Assembly: GCF_009914755.1 (NCBI RefSeq)
Contig: NC_060930.1
Strand: one strand, 5' to 3'
Source of the DNA: the human T2T-CHM13v2.0 reference genome, Homo sapiens
Length of the DNA: 64,000 nt
The notes under the pieces were generated by a model. It did not search any database. It was not told where the DNA came from and was given only the letters and a program-made list of their open reading frames with translations. The number at the start of each line of letters is the position of its first letter. Position 1 is the first letter of the stretch. Position numbers and translations under genes: made by a program. Positions 55,889 through 64,000 of this stretch are shown one piece after another.

Positions 55889-56929
55889 TGCCTAATGTTG
55901 ATGAACTTTAGAGAGTGATAAATTGTTCAACATTTTTATTTCAAGGTGTATGACTACGATGCTGTGCCCATTAATTTAGCTCAGGATTTCTGACCTTACA
56001 TTCTTCATTAGAGAGACACATGTCTAAATGTTTCCTTTTCTAAAAATCAGAACACTTGTCCAGCAGCCAAATGTTCTTCCATTTCTCAGAAGAGTCGTTA
56101 TTCAAAAAACCAGTATTTTTGGTTGATAGGCAACTTATTTAAATAGTTAAGCAAGTTTCTAAACTTCTCAGCTATTGAGCATTATTTTATTTTTAAATTA
56201 ATGCTATGTAGCCTCTAAGAAGGAAATATCTATGGAAATGAGAATTGGAGAGCTTGTATTGAAAATAAATCCTCACCTGGATTAAGTTTCATCTGTATGT
56301 GCTGTGAACTATTGGGGAATGAAATGTTTTACATATGAAAATTCTGTTGGGTTGTAATAACTTCTTGGTGCCTATTTATTCTTATAGAAATCTGTCCTGA
56401 TGTGAAAATCACATGGACAGTAAACTTTTAGATGAATATTGTAAGTTTCTTATAACTTTTTCAGTCTTCTTTTTGTTGCTTGCCTAATTCTAGCATTTCC
56501 CTGTATATAGATTTTGGTCAGTTTTGGGGTGGGGAAAGGGCAACCCAAATTTTAGAATTATGTGCAACAGTTATAAAATATAGTGTCTGGCTGAGGGTCG
56601 ATGGGACTCAATTTTCTCAATGTGCATGGATTGTACTTACAAAGGAATCTTGGTGTCTCCATTGTTTGCTCAGTTATATTTCTCAGTTGTTTCCTTGTAT
56701 ATGTATTGGATATAAGAGGTAGGAGGTAATTAGAAAGCTAATATTTTAATGAATTGGCCTCTTCTTACTTTATTGAAAGATAAAACATAATTTACTTTTT
56801 AATTTTTAACATGGGGAAAGTTACTGTGCTGTCATTAGAACTCACGCAGGTTACTGTGAATTTCAGATGAAATACATGTAATTATTTTTGTAGCTAGTAT
56901 ATAACTTGAGAGGAGTTACAGCTTTGTAG

Positions 56930-57110
56930 TTACATTTGTGGGCTCTAGAGTCAGACTGCTGTGGAGTAAGCTCAGGCAAGTTGTTTAACTTCCTTGCATT
57001 TCATTTTCTTCTTCTGTTACTGGGGCCTGTAATAGTAACTACTTCATAGAGTTTTTCAAGGGATTACCAAAAAAAAGACAAAAAAAACCCACAAACACCT
57101 AAAACATGTA
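56930..57110 (+). mobile_element. MIR
   Basis: GGGCTCTAGAGTCAGACTGC...GGCAAGTTGTTTAACTTC...ACTTCATAGAGTT. Confidence 0.65.
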
Positions 57111-57439
57111 AATAGCCATGGTAATGCCAGCTACCATATTACTTTGAGGAAACAACTTATTGACTTCACTCACTTATTTTGCTTGTGAATGAAATTAAAG
57201 CAGATAATTCTGACAAAATATTCTATGAATGGTTTGATGGTTTGTTTAGTTTGTATTAAAGTTGACATCTGTAACTTTTCACTATAAGCTTTTTTTTTTT
57301 GGCAGGAGTGGGGGATTGATTATATTAGAGTTTGTAAAGAAAGCCTTTGTTGCCTTTCGCAGAGGCATGGGATTTGTAATGTCCATTCATGGTGGAAAGA
57401 CATATCCTTATACATCTGACCATAATTTGAAAGAATTTT

Positions 57440-57911
57440 GGCACTATTCACAATAGCAAAGACTTGGAACCAACCCAAATGTCCAACAATGATAGACTGG
57501 ATTAAGAAAATGTGGCACATATACACCATGGAATACTATGCAGCCATAAAAAATGATGAGTTCATGTCCTTTGTAGGGACATGGATGAAATTGGAAACCA
57601 TTATTCTCAGTAAACTATCGCAAGAACAAAAAACCAAACACCGCATATTCTCACTCATAGGTGGGAATTGAACAATGAGATCACATGGACACAGGAAGGG
57701 GGACATCACATTCTGGGGACTGTTGTGGGGTGGGGGGAGGGGGGAGGGATAGCATTGGGAGATATACCTAATGCTAGATGACGAGTTAGTGGGTGCAGCA
57801 CACCAGCATGGCACATGTATATGTATGTAACTAACCTGCACAATGTGCACATGTACCCTAAAACTTAAAGTATAATAATAAAAAAAATAAAAAAAATTAA
57901 AAAAATTAAAA
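57440..57911 (+). mobile_element. Young L1 (L1PA2-like) 3' end: last ~77 ORF2 codons, 3'UTR and poly-A
   Basis: ORF ALFTIAKTWNQPKCP...HRIFSLIGGN is the L1 ORF2 C-terminus; GAGATCACATGG; GATGACGAGTTAG (non-Ta); TSD AAAG(A/G)ATTTTGGCA. Confidence 0.93.
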
Positions 57912-58299
57912 AAAGGATTTTGGCAAAGCAGGTAACATGTTGAATTTCAATATTAGGAATCTTTAAAAATATGAATAATATTTTAATGGTTTAAATATAG
58001 AAGTACCTAATATTAACTATAGTTTTAGAAATTTAAAATTTTATTGTCAAAGAATTTTCTATTCTTTTCAGTTGAATTGAAGAAATGCATTTGGCAATTA
58101 TTTAGCCTATTGGGTAGGTGATATCACTTGTGAGGACAGTCTGAAAGTAAGCACAACTCACCTAGTAAAATTCCATCTGGGTGGCAGTAATGCCGGTGAG
58201 TCTTTGGTCTCTGCCCTGATTTCAGTTCCACAGTTCGCTGGTATAAGCAGCCATTTTAATTTCAAATCTCACATATATATGTATAGAATGTTAGAAACA

Positions 58300-58675
58300 A
58301 TTTGGAATTCACGATTTGTGTGACTTTAAATCATTTAGCTATTCTAAACCTCAGTTTCCTCATCTGTAACAAAGAAAGAATCTTTCTATTATCACACCTC
58401 ATGAATTTTATGGTAGAGATCATAGCTTTATAATCTATACAGAATTATATGTTTATAAGCTATTCTGTGGAATTTGTATTCTTCTGCAGAATTTATGGCC
58501 CATGGACTTATTTTTTACTATAATAGAAGTTTAGAGTTACAGTAGAAAGAGAACAGGGATGGGACTAAAAAGACCTGGATCGTTCAGTTCAGCTTTCTGT
58601 GGCTCCATTTCTTCATCTATGTAACAAGTGGACTGGACTCAATGATATCTAAAAATTCTTCCTAGCCCTAAATTT
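58300..58675 (+). mobile_element. MIR and MIR3 fragments
   Basis: CCTCAGTTTCCTCATCTGTAA; CATTTCTTCATCTATGTAA...GGACTCAATGATATCTAA. Confidence 0.6.
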
Positions 58676-59771
58676 TAACTATAATATAATTTCATGATAT
58701 CATTATTATTTTACAGGAATTATTTCCTGTGTAAATTCACAAAATGGAGGAAATAGTTTTGCTTTCCCTTCAGATGTCAAGAATGAAACTAGGAGATAAT
58801 GTGTGAGATCCTTATAAGTATTTGTAATATTATATATACATATAAAATATAGGCACACACATGCTTATGTTTGGTTACATGTTTGAATAAAATATCATGA
58901 TTATATTATTTTGTGTATTTTATAATTGAAAAAATATAACTAAAACCAAAAACGTGTTTATGTACCAGAATACAATATTTCAGCTACTTTTCATCCAGAA
59001 TGGAATTTTTTTTGTTGCTTGAATTACTTGTCCAAGTGGCCATGGTTTCTATTATAGGTACTACAATGAATGTGCTTATATGAAGTACACATTTTCTTCA
59101 TAAGTATAGTGTATATTTGTTAAATGAGTGAAAAATTTGACCTGCAGTAAAAAGAAGTAAAATAGCTTGTGTTTTTTATACCCAATGCTAAGTTTGAATA
59201 TAAAACATTGTGTATAAATAATTTCTATTCAAGGAAAGGACCTCAGGATTAAGCTCCAAATAAAAAGGCACTGGATCTGGAAACACTAGCAGTATTTTTG
59301 AAATGTCCAAGGGCTATAAAACAAAGTGGATTTGACTAGAACTGTTTTCAATTTGCACTTGCCTCCTGGGTATCTGTTAAAACCTGCTTATGAATAGACT
59401 CTGACTGATTTGTGAAGGGGGTTTGGCTTTTGTTTCATAGCTGTGTGAATCATTCATGTATAAGCCACACCACTTCCCTGTTTTGTTATACATTACACTA
59501 CAAGTTGTCCTCTGTAATTTAAAAAAACAGTCATTTTATGATGAAACACAAACTAGTGTATGTTGCTTTGGTTAGGTCTGCATGTGAAATAGTTCTGAAA
59601 TCGTTACTCTGACTACATTATTGAGGGTGCAGGGGACTTTTTGGTGAACTTCATTCTGCTCATAACATTTCTACATTGTCTTTGAAAGTCTCCAACTGAT
59701 CCCTTAGTTTTCCTCACTGATTTTTCTTTTTGCTCTTCTTCCAAGACCTGGCATTTCACATATTATTTATT

Positions 59772-60128
59772 TGTCTTAATTTGTTCAGGTTGCTATAACA
59801 AAGTACCATAAACTAGATAGCTTATATAAACAACATAAATGAATTTAATATAATTCTGGTGGATGAGAAGTCCAGGATCAAGGTGCTGACAGATTCGGTG
59901 TCTGTTGAGGGCTTACTTTCTGGTTCATAGATGGTGCCTTCTCACTGTGTCCTCACATGGTGGAAGGGACTAGCTAGCTCTTTGTGGTCTCTTGTCTAAA
60001 GGCACTAATCCAATCCATAAGGGCTATAACCTCATGGCCTACTCATCTCTCAGAAGCCAACAGCCTAATATCATTACATTGTTGATGAGATTTCAACATA
60101 TGAATTTGGGAGGAGGGGGTCACAAACA
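59772..60128 (-). mobile_element. MLT1A-type LTR
   Basis: TGTCTTAATTTGTTCAGGTTGCTATAACAAAGTACCATAAACT...TTTCAACATATGAATTTGGGAGG. Confidence 0.88.
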
Positions 60129-60330
60129 GTGAATAATCCTTCATTCTCTCTGCTTTTTGCTCTGTTCTTCTCAGGTATGCTAATGATTGTAACCACAGCT
60201 CTATGAATCACCAGCTCCAAGTCTTTGTGGATATCAGGAAAATATTTACAGCTGTCTTCTGGACACTACTACTTGAATAATCCACATTTACCTTTAAGTA
60301 CCCTGTCTTAAACCTAAGTCTTCACTTCTG

Positions 60331-60510
60331 CAGATTCCTGTGGCAGTGTTCCCCAGATTCCCGCTGCAGTGTTCCCCAGATGCCCACTGCTCCGTTCCCC
60401 AGATTGCTGCTGCAGTGTTCCCCAGATTCCTACTGCAGTGTTCCCCAGATGCCCGCTGCAGTGTTCCCCAGATGCCCGCTGCAGTGTTTTCCAGATTCCT
60501 GCTGCAGCGC
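60331..60510. repeat. Minisatellite, 23-bp unit CAGAT(T/G)CC(C/T)GCTGCAGTGTTCCC x ~7.8, within L2-like sequence
   Basis: Units read directly. Confidence 0.95.
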
Positions 60511-60849
60511 TACTTTTCTTCTCCCCACCTGCCTCGCAACACTCTTTTCATTCTCTCTAGAGATATTGCATAAGTTTTGCTCCCCCTCATCTTGATTTTA
60601 ATAGTCATTGGTTTTTTCAGACTGTATTAATATTTTCCTTATCTAAATGAGTAGTCTGCTAAGAGCTCTCCTTACCACTGGTTCATCTCTAGTCAACCTT
60701 TGGACATGCAACCAGATTAGTTGTAACCTTACTGCTTAAACAGTTTGTATGGCCACTTAGTGTTTAAAGTCCTTCATAACCTGACCCAAATTAATTTTTG
60801 ATATTCATTTTTCCCCTTTCTTGGACTCCTCATTTATCTTAATTTGGAA

Positions 60850-61240
60850 GAAGCTGCTGCTAAGTCTACCAAAATCTACTTTATTCTTCTTCCTAGGAAC
60901 AAGGCAAGGCTAGGGATTCTTTACAGTTAAGATATGGCAATATAATTAACTTGCTGATAATGAAATGAGAGAAAGTGCTGTGTTACACCTCTGGGGTTAT
61001 AAGCTGAGACATCAGGTATATTTTCCCGCATTTGCTTCCTACTGACTGGAATCCAAGGCAACCATGTGGCCATGGAGAAGATGACAGTGGGAGCAATTTA
61101 AATCCCTTAGTAACTAAATGGGATGGAGCTGTCCCCATCAGTATTTAATCTTTACCTTGGTATGATTTTATGGAAGCAAAGTAGAATCTTTTTCTTTAAG
61201 CCACTAAGTTTTTTGTAGTCTCATGCTTCTAATTAATATT
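60850..61240 (+). mobile_element. Old MLT1-type LTR
   Basis: ATGAAATGAGAGAAAGTG; TTTAAGCCACTAAGTTTT..CTAATTAATA end. Confidence 0.5.
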
Positions 61241-61494
61241 TCTTAATTTTTCATATAAACATTCTGTTTTGTTCCTAGGAATTCCATATCTTGGCAGAAT
61301 GGTGATAACCAAAAAGCCTCATGTTAGTCAATGAAACCTTCTCCAAGAATAGCAAATATCTTTCTGTAGATATACTGCTTATCTTATATTCTGGCATTAG
61401 AGATAACCTCTACTGCCATCGTAGGGGAATTAAAACTATAAGCTGGTCCCTGGATTGCTGGAATATGTCCGATGCCTCCAATTCTAGCTTCCAT

Positions 61495-61970
61495 ATGTTA
61501 GGATATAACTTAAGTTGTTTTAACAGACCAAAAGAGAAAGTGGCTTAAACAAGAAAGGTGCTTATTTCTCTAGTGACAGTCCCAAACAGTCCTATACAGG
61601 GGGATAGAGCAATTGTATTCTACAAGATGCTTCTTCAGTCTTGTAGTTCTGCTATTCTTGGATATATTGCCATTGTTCACATGGCAAACATGTGTCTTCA
61701 ATGCTACATTCCCTTTTCAGTTAGTAAGAGGGGAGGAGAAGGAGGAGGGTCCAACTATTCATATTAAGGTTCTATGACCTGTAACTTGCAGATGTAACTT
61801 CTGTCCAGATTCCATTGTTCAGAACTTGATGTCCTGGTCAGATCTACCTACAGTGGTGGCTGGGAAGTGTACTCATTGATTATTAATAAAGAACCATGAG
61901 CCCAGTTCAAGCTTGGTTGGTTTCATAACTAAAAGGAAAAAGAGATAATGAGTTTCGGGGGAAACTAGTG
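61495..61970 (-). mobile_element. MLT1J-like LTR
   Basis: AGTGGCTTAAACAAGA...TTATTTCTCT; ACTTCTGTCCAGATTCCATTGTTCAGAACTT. Confidence 0.55.
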
Positions 61971-62368
61971 GTACATATATACCATGGCATACTATGCAGC
62001 CACAAAAAAGCACAGAATAATGTCCTGTAGTGGAAACATAAATGCAGCTGAAAGCCATTATCCTAAGCCATTACTAATGCAGAAACAAAAAACCAAATAC
62101 TGCATGTTCTCACTTACCAGTGGGAGCTAAACATTGAGTACTCATGGACATAAAGATGAGAACAGCAGACACGGGGAACTACTAGAGGAAACAATGTGAG
62201 GTGAGTGCAAGGACTGAAAAACTATCTATTGGGTAGTATGCTCACTGCCTGGGTGATGGAATCAATTGTACCCTAAACCTCAGCATCATACAATATACCC
62301 ATTTGGTAAGCCTGCACATATACCCCCTGAATCTAAAATAAAAGTTGAAAATTTTAAAAAATGAAATA
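61971..62368 (+). mobile_element. L1PB-type 3' end
   Basis: TACCATGGCATACTATGCAGCCA...CCCCTGAATCTAAAATAAAAGTTGAAA. Confidence 0.88.
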
Positions 62369-62599
62369 AAGTGTGACGATCCTTTATGTTGTATAGATAA
62401 TGATGTAGACACTGGATTGCGTCTTTTACATTTATTTGGTTATTTATTTCTCACCTCTATTTGGACAAAAAGTCCTCCAGAGAAAATTCTATTTCTTAGC
62501 CTATTTTCAGCCTCAGAAGTTAACATGGTTTCTGGAATATAGTAGGTATGCAATACATGCCTCTTTAAAGATCTAAGAATATTCTCTTAAATATTTCTA

Positions 62600-63150
62600 G
62601 TAGAAGAGTGAATTGTTTAACCACTTTGTAAAAACAATCTGGCAGTGTTTACATAGTCTACTGTATGAATCAGTAATTTCATTTCTAGTCATATATCAGA
62701 CATAAATGCATCAGCATGTGTGCCCAGAGTCATGGATGAAAACGTCCATGGCAACATTGTTTATAGCAGCTGAAGAATGAGGAATGAAGCACAAATTTCT
62801 ATCAATATTATAATGGATAGATTGTGGTGTATTAATGCAATAGAATTCTGTACAGTTATAGAAATGAACAAACTATAGCTTAATGAAATAACTTGGATAA
62901 ATATGTCCTCCACCAAAAAGAGCAGAAACATTAAAAAACTCCACACTATATGTTCCTACCTGGGTTATGTTCCATCCTATGTTAGAAATTAGGATTGTGG
63001 TTTCCTTGGGAGATGAAGGAAAGGGTAGTAACCAGGAAGGATAATGAAGATGAGGTTCTGATGTACTGACTGTGTTTCATTTATTGATTTATTAGTTGCA
63101 TGTATATATTGTGATAAATAATTGAATTTTGTGTTTTATACTTCAGCAAA
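62600..63150 (+). mobile_element. Ancient L1M 3' fragment
   Basis: AACCACTTTGTAAAACAATCTGGCAG; AATGGATAGATTGTGGTGTATT. Confidence 0.6.
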
Positions 63151-63667
63151 TAATGTTAATAAATTAGTAACTGCATGATTGATATGCTCAGTGAAAAAGG
63201 ATCTAGAACAGGTCAGTTATAAATTGTTGCCATGGCTTTTTGGATGGGTGTCCTGGGATAAATACTCAACCTCCCTGAGTCTCTCTTCCTACCTCTTCTC
63301 ACAGAGGAGAAAGAAGATTTGTCTGTGATTTCCAAAGTTTATTCCAGATCTGGCATTCTATGCAGAAATCAGAAAGAGATGAAATGACTCTGTTTCATAT
63401 CTTTTTTTGAGACTGCCTTACACAGTAGCTCAGGGCAAATTAAAAGAAAAGAAAATCTAACTTTTTGCATGTTCATGCTTAAACCAAGTCAATGTTCTGA
63501 GACACCGATAACAGGCAGCCTAAATGATAAATCTATTATGAAGTATTTACATTACTATTACTTTGAATATACTGTAGTTTTTCCAGTTGGCATAGTGAAA
63601 AGGTGCATCACTCACCATAATACGTAGAGCAAACATCATGTTGTAGTTCTCAATCTTTGGGGTTTTA

Positions 63668-63897
63668 CATTTCAGTATCCCTTATCTGAAATGCTGGGGA
63701 CCAGAAGTATTTCAGATTTCAGATTTTTTTAGGGGAATGTTTGCATTATATTACCCAGCTGAGCATCCCTAATCCAAAAATTCGAAATCCAAAATGTTCC
63801 AATGAGCATTTCCTTTGAACATCATGTGGGCACTCAAAAAATTCAGATTTTGGAGCATTTTGGATTTCAAATTTTCAGAGAATGGATACTCAACCTA
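63668..63897 (+). mobile_element. Tigger4a/MER46-type TcMar DNA transposon
   Basis: AGTATCCCTTATCTGAAATGCTGGGGACCAGAAGT...GGATACTCAACCT followed by TA-type flank. Confidence 0.85.
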
Positions 63898-64000
63898 TAG
63901 TGAGAATTTACCATAAATAGAAATCAGCAGCCTCAATAATTTCAGTCCATGAAACATTTAAAACCAAGACCAATGTACAACTCTTGGTCTTGTACAATGT

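Noticed and set aside
57438-57671. ORF matching L1 ORF2 C-terminus
   Set aside because: Tail of a 5'-truncated L1; cannot encode a functional protein.
60331-60510. Regularly spaced repeats resembling a CRISPR array
   Set aside because: Head-to-tail units without unique spacers, in eukaryotic DNA; it is a minisatellite.

Overview
This is AT-rich, CpG-depleted primate (human-like) genomic DNA, apparently deep intronic or intergenic. I could not recognise any protein-coding exon, RNA gene or CpG island, and I could not name a host gene. The ORF track looks like noise from Alu, L1, LTR and simple repeats. The window is largely transposon relics: about 12 Alus, L1PA/PB/MB/ME pieces, L2, MIR, L3, MaLR and ERVL LTRs, MER63 and Tigger4a. 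It also has several microsatellites and a 23-bp minisatellite. The most unusual signal is a set of local copy-and-paste scars that retrotransposition does not explain: (1) an inverted partial copy of an MSTB LTR 1 kb away, with reiterated target sequence at its junction; (2) a ~200-bp piece of neighbouring sequence pasted into an MLT2 LTR, with a fold-back hairpin; (3) a ~130-bp local duplicate replacing the end of a MER63; (4) an AluY whose left arm is replaced by a perfect 21-bp hairpin related to its own flank. These look like templated-insertion DNA repair fossils (inference). Also noted: a tailless Alu with perfect target-site duplications (TSDs), a triple-nested MSTA, a 32-nt candidate exon with stops in all frames, and hairpin/TF-motif patches in unique sequence. 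Repeat subfamily names come from recalled consensus sequences and need RepeatMasker/Dfam confirmation.
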